From positions 75,146,001-75,210,000 of the forward strand of contig NC_045696.1 in NCBI RefSeq assembly GCF_009834535.1: a stretch of 64,000 bases of DNA, written 5' to 3'. The notes under the pieces are model-generated. The model was not told the origin of the DNA. It searched no databases and saw nothing but the letters and a program-made list of their open reading frames with translations. Below, one piece after another: positions 40,722-52,960 of this stretch. Source of the stretch: Camelus ferus (lineage: Eukaryota). The position numbers and the translations under genes are program-made. The first letter of the stretch is position 1, and every line of letters begins with the position of its first letter.

Positions 40722-42087
40722 AACAAAATAAGGGCCTTATATGGAAAGCCCACAGCTAACATCATCAATGGTGAAAAGCCCACAGCTATCATCATCAGTG
40801 GTGAAAACTAGAAGTTTTTCTGATAAGATCAGTAACAAGGCAAGAATTCCCTCTTTCACCATTTCCATTCAACTAAATACTGTAAGTCCCAGCCAGAGCA
40901 ATTAGGCAAGAAAAGAAATTAAGAGTTTCCGAATCAGGAAGTAAAATTGTTCCTGTTTGCAGATAGCATGAACTTGTAGATAAAAAAAATCTTAAAGATT
41001 CCACCCAAAAACTGTTACAACTAATAAATTCAGTAAAGTTTCAGGATACAAAATCAACATACAAAAACACCGGTTGTGTTTCTATACACTAACAATGAAC
41101 TATTTGGAAAGGAGATTAGAAAACAATCCCATTTACAATAACACCAAAAAAAAAAAAAAAGGAATAAACTTAAAACTAAGGAGGTGAAAGACTTGTATAC
41201 TGAAAACTATAAACACAGATGAAAGAAAACAAATGGAAAGACATTTTGTGTTTATGGCTTGAGACTTATGTTGTCAAAGTGTCCACACAACCTAATGTGA
41301 TCTACAGATTCAATGTAGTCTCTATTAGAATCCCAGTGGCATTTTAAACTGAAGTATACAGAAAAATAATTCTACAACTCATATGGAACTACAAAAGACC
41401 ATAGAATGGCTAAACTAATCCTGAGAAAGAACAAAGCTGGAGGCATCACACTTCCTGATTTAAAAATATATTACAATATATTTAAAAATACATATTACAA
41501 TGTATTACATTAACTGAAACAGTATGGTACTGTCATAAAGACAGACATATAGACCAGTGGAACAGAACAGAGAGCCCAGAAAAAGATCCACACATATGTA
41601 GTCAACTTATATTCAACAAGGGTGCCAAGAATATACAACCGTGAAAAAATAGTCTTATCAACAAATGTATTGAGAACACTGGGCTCACTGGGAACATAAA
41701 AAAGAATGAAATTAGACCTTTATATTATACCATACACAAAATCAACTCACAGTTGATTGAAGATGTAAAATTAAGACCTGAGACTATGAAACTCCTAGAA
41801 GAAAACAGAGGAGAAAAACTTAAAAACATTGGTAGTGGCAGTGACTTAATATGACATCAAAAGCACAGGCAAAAAGACAAAAATAAATAAATGGGACTAC
41901 GTCAAACTAAAAATCTTCTGTACAGCAAAAGAAAGAATCAACAGAATGAAAAGACAACCTATGGAATGAGGAAAAATATTTGTAAACCATATATGTGATA
42001 AGGGGTTAATATCTAAAATATTTAAGAAACTCATACAGTTCAATGGCAAAAAATCTAATAATGCAGTTAGAAAATGGAGGTAAAGAT

Positions 42088-42230
42088 ATACAAGATCTTA
42101 TGGTAGCTCACAGAGAAAAAAAGTGTGACAATGAATATATATATGTTCATACATAACTGAAAAATTGTGCTCTACACTGGAATTTGACACAACATTGTAA
42201 AATCATTATAAATCAGTAAAAAATGTTAAA
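42088..42230 (+). mobile_element. Short young L1 3' tail nested in the older L1
   Basis: Similar to the 3' end of the 37688-38661 element; perfect 17-bp TSD aaaatggaggtaaagat (42071-42087, 42231-42247). Confidence 0.9.
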
Positions 42231-45200
42231 AAAATGGAGGTAAAGATTTGAATAAACATATCTTCAAAGAAGACATACAAATGGCTAACAGCTATATGAC
42301 AGGATGTTCAATGTCACCAATCAGTTGCAGGAAATGCAAATCAAAATCTGGGTATTTATTCAAAAAGAATAGTAATCAGGATCTTGAAGAGCTAGTATTC
42401 CCATATTCATTGTAGAGCTATTTATAAGCACCAAGATATGAAAACAACATAAATGTCCATTGACAGATGAATGGATAAAGAAAACATGGTATGTACATCC
42501 AATAGAATACTCTTTAGTCTTGAAAAAGAAGGAAATTCTGTAATATATGACAACATGGATGAACCTTGAGGACATTTTTCTAAGTAAATGAGTAGTCACA
42601 GAAAGACAAACACTGCATGATTCCATTTATATGAGGCACCTAAAATAGTCAAATTTGTAGAATCAGAGAATGAAATGGTGGTTGCCAGGGGCTAAAAGGA
42701 GGGGAAAATGGGGAGTTACTAGTAATGTTTCAGTTAACTAAGAGAGCTACTATACAACACTGTACCTATAGTCACTAACAAATAGTGAATTATACCCCCT
42801 AAAAATTTAAGATGGTAGGTTTCATGTTAAATGTTCTTACCACAATGAAATAAAACTAAAAAGAGAAAACTTAATTTTCTTCAGATACTTTTATAGTTTC
42901 ATTTGAATTATTGATCCATTTAGAATTTAAAGTTTTGAAATATGATTTAACTGTGTTACCTTCCTGAAAATTTATAGCTAGTTATACCAGTGCCATTTGT
43001 TATAGTCATTATTTTTTCGCTGATTTGAAAGCCCATCTTTGTCAAAAATTTGATATGTTCCTGGACTTGGTATGGTTCCACTTATTTTTCTATTTCTTTC
43101 GGGGTACTATGCTGGTTAATTGCTGTATCTTTACCATCTGGTAGAGACAGCCTTCCTGCATTATTTTTCTTTTCAAATTTCTTAAATAGCTTTTTATTCT
43201 CTCAGAAGTTCAGAATTATATTGTCAAGTTCCCCCCAATTCTTTGAGTTTAATGGGAATTGAACTAACTCTATAGGTTAATTTACTGAGACTTCTTTACA
43301 GTAATACATCTTTTTATTCAAGAATGTGATATCTCTTTAATAAAATCTTTTATGTCCTTTGGTTAAATTTTATCATTTTCTTCATACAGGTTATATGTTT
43401 ATACAGTTCTTTTGCCACTGAGAAAGATTTTTCCTATTATATTTTATAACTAGATATTGCTGGTATAAACAAGAGCCATGGCTTTTATTACATTTACTAG
43501 GTAATGGCCACCTACCAGACTTGCTTATTGTTTTCTTCCAGGTGAGTCCATTGCTGGTGTTTTAAAGAGGAAAACAGGTAGCCTGGGAGCCAGGGTGGGT
43601 GGCAGCTGACTGACCACCTTGGAGGCCTCACAGGTTGTGAACCTCAATCTTACATTTATAGAATCTGAACTTTCACCAATACCCCCACAGGTGGGTAAAC
43701 ACCACACTAGCAAAGGCCTCATGGGTAAAACAGATGGAAACTTGTTAATATACTATGGAGGGTCATCCCTTTGTAGGAATGGGAATGATCTTACGTCTCA
43801 ATCTAAGGTACTTGCATCATTCTTTATTTTGAGATAGCTGGGAAATAAAATTAACAATGAAAAACTTGCTTGGGAAGCAGACAGATCAATGGTCTTGGAG
43901 TTCATCACAGTTGGGTAATATTGGAATTGAATTTTCTCAAATCCTAAGCAGATAGCAAACATTTCTCTAAGGTCCAGAATTTTCTGCCTAAGCAGTTTTT
44001 ATTCTCCTGACTAGTACAAGACATATGCTTCTAGGTTTGCCTTCTGGACCAGCATTTTTCTGCTGGCCAGTGACTTCTGTTAGGGCATTTTTTTGTCTAG
44101 ATGAATTCTTATTACCAGAAAAGTTAGATAGCAGTTTTTAGAAGAGCAAGACTTTCTAGAGGGACAGATTTTTCTGTCTCCTCCCATTACGTCTTGATTT
44201 AATTAGATTAACTTTCAGAAAGTGGCCTTGGTTTTTTGATTTCCAAGTTTAGGCTGTGTGTAGGAATAGTGCATAACTATGAATCCCTCCATACATGTTC
44301 TCTACAGCCACAGGGGAAAAAAACAGAGAATTGGTGGCCATGTTGGTTTCTATAATTCTTTTCGCACAAATTAAATACACAAAGGTAAAGTTAATAATTA
44401 TGTTTCGATGTCAAAGGGGACAATGCCAAAGGTTAAGAAGGGTGGGACGGATAATGCTTAATTCAGTGTTCATCCCTGTGACCTTCTTCACCTCAGTTCC
44501 ATTCGGTGGTCAACATCAGCACCGCAGCTATGAAAATCCCAATAAGAGCCAAGGGATGTTCCAGGGAACAAAAGCCCTACATACTTTTGATAATATTGTT
44601 GGATAACTGTGTAGAGGGTTCTGTTTCTGTCTGTGCCTCAAAAATATGTGTTTTGTTTCTCCTGAACCAGAGGAGGAGAATGAAGCCTCTTAAAAAAATG
44701 AGCAGATGAAACTGCTCACCAACTTAATAAATAAATACCACCTTATTGTAATTTGGTTTAATATAATTTGCTGGAGTCAGTCCATTGGGTGTTACGTGAA
44801 ACATTAGCCAGGAGGACAGTTTCATCTAAGCTTGCTTAAGCTGAGAGAGCACAGCAAATACCCACCACATTCAACATCAATACAAACTCAAAGAGAGCCA
44901 GATAGAAATTAACATACACTGTACAGGTAACCTTATTACTAATTAGGTCTAATTAGTCTGAATAAGTGCATTATATTTTGTACTGTTGTTTGAACCTTGT
45001 TTCCTTTATGGTTTATGTATTTGCTGTTTATATGTCATGCTCTAGACTTCCCACATACTGCTGAAGTAGGTTGATGGTCTTACTTCCACTTTACAAACAG
45101 AGAAAGAGGTTTTAGAAGGTGCCTTCCTTGACTGTGCCTTCCTTGACTAAGTATAGAAGCGAGTAGCCTTTCCAGAGCCTGTGTTTCATGCACCCCCTCT

Positions 45201-45815
45201 TCAGTACCATCAAGCCTGTCACAATGCATTTAGCGAGAGTGCCTTCACCAGTGGTGGTTGGCACAGGCACACTATGTCTTGGAATAGCTTCCACATTTGT
45301 CAGAATAAAAATTTCAGAACCAGAAGGCGAAACCCTCCATAAACTGCTGTTGAATTACTAAAAGGAGTGGCATAAATAGCACTGATATTTTAATCTTTGG
45401 GACTGGGAGCCACCAAGAAGTAAAAGTATAAAGAATAAAGAGAATCAAGAGCAGACCTAAACAGGAAAGGAATCAGTCTCTGGAGAGTAAGAGAAACCAG
45501 AGGAGAAGGGGAAAAACGTGGGGTGCAGTGTCCCTGAAGTCAGGAGAGAGTAAAATGTTCACTTGGATGAGAACCAGGAAAAAGCCACTGGATTTTGGAA
45601 TCAATAATTCATTAATGGCTTCAAGAAGCAGTTTCAGCAGAGTGGCAGAGTAGGGTTAGTCCACAAGAGGTTGAAAAGGAAAAGGGCAGTCAGAGAAAGA
45701 GGCCGTCTGAATCCAAAGATCCCATTCTTTATGTGATACGATGGTCACTTCTCTAGTCCTAACAGAAGCCTTTGATTTTTATATTTTTTATATAAGTACT
45801 TTATCAATATGTGCA

Positions 45816-46243
45816 TGCATGTTAGTGTCCTTGGCCACTGTAACACATTACCAAAAACTTGATGGCTCAAAACAACAGAAGTGTATTCCCTCACAGTTCT
45901 GGAGGCCAGAGGCTCAAAATCAGTTTCATTGGGACAAAATCAAAGTGTCAGCAGGGCCATACTTCCACTGGAGACTTCAGGGGAGAATCTGTTTCTTGCC
46001 TTTTCTGGTAGCTGCTTGCAGTGTTTGATTTGTGCTCATACTACTCCAATCTCTGCCTGTCTTACATTAGCTTCTCTGAGTCAAAACTCCCTCTGCCTCT
46101 CACTTATAAGGACACTTGCAACGAAATTGAGGGCCCACCTGGATAATTCAGGGTGATCTTTTCATCTCAAGATGCTTAGCTCAATCACATCCAAAAAAAC
46201 CTTTTCCAACTAACATAATATTTATGTTTCAGACATTAGAATA
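45816..46243 (-). mobile_element. MLT1 (C/D/E-like) LTR, main part; remainder at ~53838-53879
   Basis: ctgtaacacattaccaaaaacttgatggctcaaaacaacagaag...cttataaggacacttg...gggcccacctggataattcagggtgatct. Confidence 0.85.
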
Positions 46244-46261
46244 TGTGTCACTGAGGGTCCT

Positions 46262-47748
46262 CAATGTGTTTTTTATATATGGGTACACATTCACACCCAG
46301 ATCTGCATATGTGGATGTGTGCCAATATAATGTGTCTATTATACAGGCACACCTAAATACACAGGTTTGCGCATGGGTGTGTATATATATATATAATATG
46401 TATATTATATAACATATGTGTGTATGTATATATACTATACAGTATATATACACATATAATATGTATTATATATACATATGTCTTTGTATGAATATGTATA
46501 TATATTATATATGTTATATATGTATATATAGTGTATACTATAATATATACATACATAATCCAGTATCTATGCATATGTAATCTAATATATATAATAAAAT
46601 TTATATATACATATAAAATGTATAAATTATATAGGAGTACATCTATATACAGGTCTGAGTGTGGAGGTGCATCCTGTGTCATGTGTCTATGAGACGGGGT
46701 GTGTATCTATCCTCAGGCCTGGGGGAGGAGACGAAGTGCACCCGTGTCTTGTATCTATTAATATGGGTGCACGTCTATACACAGGCCTTTGTATAGATAT
46801 GTATATATATAATTTAATATATATGTTTATATACACATATGACATAATATATACATATATAATATGTATATTATATATGTGTATATTCATACAGATGCCA
46901 GTGTATGGATATGTATATATATGTATATTATACATATGTCTGTATGGATACGTATATATAATATATACATTATATAATATATGTATAATAATAACATGTA
47001 TATTATATAGGTGTACATCCATACACAGATCTGGGTATGGATGTGTACCTGTATAATGTGTCTCTTATACGGGTGCACATCCATACAAGGTCTGTGTATG
47101 GATATATGTGTGTGTGTGTAATATATATATACATATATATATATGTATATATTATAATATATGTGTATATAATCTACTAAAAGTACATAGCTAATACAAT
47201 ATATATAATATAATATATACACACATATAATATGTATATTATATAGGTGTACATCCATACACAGGTCTGGTATGGATGTGTACCTGTATAATGTGTTTAC
47301 CCAGGCCTGGGTAGGGATGTGCACTCGTATAATGTGAGTGGAGTTGCACCCCGTCTCACAGACTTGTGACATGGGGAGTGCCTCTGCCACCAGGCCTCGG
47401 GGTGTATGTACAACTATATACTTATTTTATATGTAGATATATTGAGGTATATATATTAGATAATATATGTACGTATATGTCTATATACATATATAACATA
47501 CATATTATATATATACATATACATACACAGACCTGTGTGTTTATGTGCACTCCCATAATAGACAAATGATATGGGTGCACATCCATACCTGGATTATGTA
47601 TGGATGGTCACCTGTTTAATAGACACATGAATGGGTGCACTTCACCTCCACCCACAGGCCTGGGGGTGGAGGGGCATGCCGTCTCCTGGAGGCATGACAC
47701 GGGGTGTGCCTCCACCCCCAGGCCAGTGATAGTTACCCCCAGGCCTTG
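46262..47748. repeat. Palindromic GC/AT minisatellite, left array
   Basis: Recurrent gggtgcacatccatacacaggtctg-type units in both orientations, separated by TA-rich tracts. Confidence 0.85.
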
Positions 47749-47791
47749 TGATTGATTGATTGGTTGGTTGGTTGATTGATTGTTTGTTTGA

Positions 47792-49120
47792 CAGCTCAGT
47801 TTCCCTGCGCTCTGGCTGAGAGCTCAGGTTTCTTGTGTTCTGGATTTTTCCTTTCCCCTTCCTCTCCCTTTGCCCAATGCTCATTTCTGCCTCTGCTACT
47901 TAAGATTCCCCCCTCTAGTCATAAGACCCCAAATCTTGGGGATGTAGAGAGCGAGGACTCCTTTAGCTGCTTCCTGCTGATCTGGGGCGATAATGGAGCT
48001 CGTTGGGGTCCCAGACTAGCTGCCTGTCCTTGGGCAGGATGTGAGCGAAGTGGTCTTGGCTGATTGGTTGATTACCTTGTTATATAATCATTTGAAGTTT
48101 ATCTCTAGTTGAGAAGAAACAATTTTCATAAGAAGGTTGAAAAGATAGAGGTCAAATATATAGAGCTAATCCTAGCCAACCAAGGATGAAAGAGGCAAAC
48201 AAGGGTCTTAAACAACATTGATTTCTGTGCTTTCTGTTGGTTTAGGTTTTAGAAAGCAGTTGTTGGAGTGTTAGTCCAGTGAACTAAAGGAGGAGTCAAA
48301 AGAGGGACCCTAATGTCAGAGACATTTTAAATTAGTATTAAAACAGTTTGGTGGGGGCCCTAAAAGAGAAAAGATTTCAACCAGGAGACATTTAAGAAAG
48401 AGGTTTATCTAACAGGGATCCATAGTCCCCTAGGGCGATGGAAGAGTCTCACCAGAGTGTTGCTTGGAAAGCAGTCGCAGATCGCTAAGGGGTTCATGAG
48501 AATATGTGGCTCCCATCGGTGAACTAGATCTCATCAGGGTTTTCCAGGGGTTGGTTGGTGAGATCTCTTCTAGCTCCTAGAGAAATGGATAGGGTCTCAT
48601 GACATAGGCAAAAGGGAAGAGACTTGTCTGGTGATAGTAATAGTGTAGCAGGATTGAGTGTCCCACAAACAGAGACAGTGACATCTGGGTTTTCCAGTAA
48701 GAATGCCTGATATTTAAGAAGCCGAGCATCTGAGAGCCAGAAATGTCCCTTGCCTTTGAAAAGGTCAGAAACTTGATGGTTAGTGTATGCTTGTATAGGG
48801 GCCCCCAGAATTAGCTTAAAAGCTTCCTCCAGGAGAGTGGAAAGGGCTCCCTACACTCTTAGGCAGGAAGGCCAGCCTCAAGCAGTGGGATCTGCCTGTT
48901 TGGAGAGGTATCCCATAGTCTGTTGGGTAGGACCCACCCATTGGGTGAGGACCCTCGAGACTATTCTTCCTCTCTCATAAACAGAGAACTGGAAGGGCCT
49001 TGTGGGATCTGGAAGCCCCAAGGCCAGGGATCTTATTAGGAGATTTTTAAAATTCTTCCATTGCTTCCTGTTGGGAAGGACCCCACTGGAGAGATCTTCC
49101 CAGTCATCTACCCCTAAGGC
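47792..49120 (-). mobile_element. Internally deleted class I (gammaretrovirus-like) ERV fragment: pol connection/RNase H start, integrase end, env remnant, PPT, start of 3' LTR
   Basis: Minus-strand translation ALGLPDPTRPFQFSVYE..VLTQWVGP..YLSK..GWPSCLR..WLSDARLLKYQAFLL..LNPATLL..FTDGS, then YSHEPLSDLRLL; env-like LFNLLMKIVSSQLE; PPT AGAGGGGGGAA at 47916-47906. Confidence 0.9.
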
Positions 49121-49129
49121 CCCTTCTGG

Positions 49130-49860
49130 GCAGCTGGGGACCCCAGATCCCCATGAATCAGCTCATGGATCTGGCATTTAAAGTATTGCACGATAGAGAC
49201 AGGGCTAAAGAGGCAAAAAAAGGATTCAGGGACAACAGCAAAAGGCGCAATTCTTAGTGGCAGCCTTCATCTTTGCACCATCTCAGAGTTACCCTCCACC
49301 AAGACCCATGGTGAGGACAGGACCCAGGATGCCTGCATCAGAGCCACTGTCTCGCCAAAAAGGGACCTGTTTTAAGTACAACCAGGAGGGCCACTGGAAA
49401 ACAAATGCCCCGTGTATGCGAAAAGTCCACCAGGACCCTGCTCCATATGCAAACAAAAAGGCCACTGGTAGCGGGACTGCCCCCTTTGCCGAAGGGGGCT
49501 TGGGGCTCCCAAACCAATGACGGCTGAAATGACTTAAGACTGACGGGACCTGGGACCCTCCCTGGCTCCCACAGGACACTAGGTCATTTCTCCGGTGGAA
49601 CCTTGGGTAGCCCTTGACGTGGCAGGTAGAAAAGTTGTCTTCTTATTAGGTAAGGTAGGTAAGGGAGCCACCTACTCTGTGCTGACTGATTTCCCTGGAC
49701 CCTTGTCCTCCCAATCCTGTGTAATAACAGGGATCAATAGAAGGCCCCAGACAAGGTGCTTACTAAAAATTTACTTCTACACAAGAGTTTTTGCTGGTGG
49801 CTGAGTGCCCCATCCCCTCATTGGGAAGGGACCTACTTGCTCAGTAGGTCCCAAGAAATA
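49130..49860 (+). pseudogene. Degraded ERV gag C-terminus (two zinc knuckles) and protease
   Basis: PQIPMNQLMDLAFKV; CFKYNQEGHWKT-C and CSICKQKGHW*RDCP; stop TGA 49541-49543; EPWVALDVAGRKVVFLL..GATYSVL; GRDLL; several frameshifts and stops. Confidence 0.85.
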
Positions 49861-51207
49861 ATCCCATTCAAAGACCGTTACATGAAAGACACACATCCAA
49901 AAAAATGTCTACTCTTGGCTTTGGAAGCCTGCCTCAGTCCCAAGCCAGAGGAGGTCTCCCTTCCACCCCATATTGATTCTCAAGGAAACCCTGCTGCCTG
50001 GGAAACTGACGTCCCGGACAGAGCTACTGTTGTCAGGTTACTATCAGAAACAGGACCACGTGAGGCTACAAGCAAGCCTCTTCAGATCAAAGGCCAACCA
50101 AGAGCTTTAATGAAAAAAATCTCTCAAACCCAGGAAGGCTTCTCAAAAGTGTTTGTAAATAGATAGCCAAATGGGAGGCCATCGGTTGGACTAAACTGAC
50201 CATCACTGATATTCGGAACCATAATAAATTTTTTTTTGAAATGTCTCCCCTAAGCCTAATTGAGAAAAAACAAAACTGTCTTTGTTTTACAAATCCAGTC
50301 TTTACAGGACCAGAGGTGTGGCTCCAAAAAGGATACAAAGCCCACCAATCCTTCTACCACTCCCAAAACCTCCCCAATGTATTTATCTCAAGAGACAAGT
50401 ATTAAAAAAAGATGTTTTTTCTGGCCTTTAAAAAAACAAAAATTTTTCTAGGAGAAACTTCCCTTCCTATGCTTTGGAGATACAAATATTCTACCTTGTC
50501 TTCTCCAGGAACTCTGATCTCACCATCTTTTTAAAATGCAAATTTCAAAAAAAAAAAAGAAGGGATGTGGAGGGGATAAATAATTTGGAACTTAATTTGC
50601 TAAGGATAAGTAAAAATTTTATCTCTTTTTCATAAATATTAGTAAAAAGGCTTAGCCATCCAGATGGGCAACTTTGATTTGTTCTGTCTGCCAAAACCCC
50701 CAGTTTAAATCCAACTTCTTTTGGAGCCAGTAGGTTTACTTTGTTCTATCAGATTCATGACTAAAATTTTAAAATGAAAACTATAAGGTGTCTGGTTTGT
50801 ATGTCATAGATGTATGGTATTGACACAATTAAATGATAAAAGAGCTCTTTAATTGGCTGAAAGGAAATTAAGTACTTATATAAATACTCAAACATAGAGA
50901 AAATTGGCCAAAATGAATTTCAGGTTCACGTTATCTAAAAAGGATTCAGTACTGGTATTGGTATTGAAGCTAGCTTAAGCTTATTGGTTTAATTAATATA
51001 AACGTGTCTTTAGAGACATCAATGTTAAGTATAATACTTCAGTTGTGCCTAGGCTTACTAGAGGTCAAGCAAAACTTTATTATATCTATTGCAAATTTGT
51101 CAACAAAAAAAGTAACTCAATGTAAAAAAACTTTCAAAAAGTAAACAAAATAAGAGCTTTGGGGTAAACTCTATAGGAGTTTTCTTTTGAAACTATATAC
51201 CTAAAAG

Positions 51208-51637
51208 TGTTACGGAAATGACAGGCCAGCCAAGAAACAAGCACCACTCGGAGGTTTGGAGTACCCAGATTTATTATGCCGGCGGGCTCAGAGGGGCTTC
51301 TGCTCCGAAGCTCTTAGCACCTCCAAGATGTGTGCATGAGGTTTTATAGGGTTAATTACAAGTTTGGGGTATTCGGCCAATAGGCATGGAACAGCTTTAG
51401 CAGCATCATTATCACGAAAGTAGAGGCAGGGAGGAAGCAAACCAACATTTCAAGGCCAGATATGTCTCTTTGAAAATCCAGCTGGCTAGCAAAAAAACGT
51501 GAACAGGGAATCAGCAAACCAACACTAATTAACTTAGATTTACGAGTTAATCCAGCAGAACTCAGATCAGTAATCTGACACTTGTTCACTTAGATTTGTG
51601 AGTTAGCTTGTTAGCCCAGCCCAGCTTTTCCTTCTCA
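51208..51637 (-). mobile_element. Solo LTR (ERV1-class), 430 bp
   Basis: TG...CA termini, 4-bp TSD aaag (51204-51207, 51638-51641), minus-strand TATAAAA (51348-51342) and AATAAA (51275-51270). Confidence 0.9.
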
Positions 51638-52960
51638 AAAGTGTCTCTCCGAATTTTGGTACTTAAAACTTAAAACCAAGTTAAAAAGTTCACTGACTAT
51701 CTGTGTCATTTATAAAATCTTAAAACATTAATTACTGGGCTGATCTAAGTTTATCTCCCTTTGCTTTAGAAAGAAAAACAAAAACAAACTAAAATAAAGT
51801 TTCCAGTCAGGAAACGGTGATATGACAACCAATTCACAGTTGCTTTCTTCTTGGTTTTTGCAAGAGATTTAAGGTTTTTGAGGGTTAAAATGATAATATA
51901 TGTAATTAAAGCTCCTAAAGTAAGTATTTCAGTATACAGTAGGAAAGTAAGATGTGTGTTTTCAGTAAGAGTTTCATTAAAAAAAAAAAAAACTACAAAA
52001 AAAGGGAAAAGTTTTCATACATAATCAGGATTTTAAATATCTAACAAATTCAGAAAGTTCTTTGTAGCCCCAGCTAACTTTAAGATGCTTTAAAGAAAAC
52101 CTGAGACATCTCAGATATTAAGTTAACTAGGATTATTTAATATATTAAGTTAAATGTAATCAGTCGTAATTCTAGTAATTACAAACAAATCTCTATCAAT
52201 TACAGATGTTTCACCATGCCTTTTAAGTCTTTTTGTTGTTACAGACTGTCCAGTTGTTAGAAAGGTGCTTCATCTTTAAAAAAATTCATCCGAAGTCAGT
52301 GGAAACAGTGGGTTACAGCAGTCCCACATCAAATGATGGCCCATACCCTCGGCACTCTGGACACAAAAACAAACGACTGTCCTGCCCCTGGAGCCCCTAG
52401 ATTAGGCATCCAGAGGATTTTTACTCCTTGATAGGCAGGGTCAAAGCCCCTACTCAGCCTGGAAGTAGCTTCAGAAGATGGACCATCATCCCTCTGCAAC
52501 CCCTTAAGAAGATGATGGGAGTAAAATCTCTGAGGGGGAATGAGACAGGAAGGGGGCAGGGCACAGCCATTCAAGGAATAGCACAGCAGTTAACACCAGA
52601 ATGGTGAAAGATTCAACCCCCAGGGGACCTTGAGGCTCAAAATGGTGGGAGATTTGATTTCTAATAGATCTTGACCTTCATTATTCAACCATTGTAATAT
52701 ATTAGCATGGTGAATAACGTGCTCACAGGCGTCAGACAGTCCCAAGGCCGCAGCCCCCTCTCTCTCCCTCTTCGGACACTGCCCGTGCTCTGTCTAAGGA
52801 GTGTGTGCATACTTTTACACTACTCTGAGCACCCAACCCCCACACCTCGTGGCTTTTCTCTTGCCTCTTGATGAATCTCTAAATAAATCTACCTTTACTC
52901 AACCAAAAAAAAAAAAAAAAAGATCATTTGTTCCTCATATGAGCTGAGGTGTAAGTTAGA

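Larger units (their letters stand above)
38905..42862 (+). mobile_element. Old L1 (L1MA/MB-like) from ORF1 end through ORF2 to 3' UTR, degraded, with nested inserts
   Basis: ORF1 end (aaactgagggagttcattaccactagacctgcc = KLREFITTRPA), endonuclease start, RT region, and 3' UTR (catgttaaatgttcttaccacaa). Confidence 0.9.
49130..52921 (+). mobile_element. 5'-truncated non-autonomous class I ERV ending in U3-R plus poly-A
   Basis: gag end, protease remnant, AT-rich non-coding internal region, PPT GAGGGGGAA (52532-52540), LTR from TGAGAC (52541), AATAAA 52882-52887, A17 at 52905-52921. Confidence 0.9.

Noticed and set aside
43500..44900. Possible DNA transposon or coding exon
   Set aside because: No terminal repeats or transposase motifs recognised. 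The minus-strand exon candidate near 43794-43836 has stops in all three frames.
46224..47569. Several overlapping Tyr/Ile-rich ORFs up to 167 aa
   Set aside because: They are translations of a TA-rich repeat, open in many frames on both strands.
46262..47748. CRISPR-like look (palindromic repeats with variable spacers)
   Set aside because: Mammalian context, degenerate repeats in both orientations, low-complexity spacers and no cas genes.
48060..48200. Domesticated env (syncytin-like) gene
   Set aside because: Only a short TM-tail remnant with stops and frameshifts; no ORF.
52922..52960. Filler as displaced continuation of minus-strand pol or as a TSD
   Set aside because: Only faint resemblance to an RT PLYE motif, and no matching copy found at the left boundary or the central junction.
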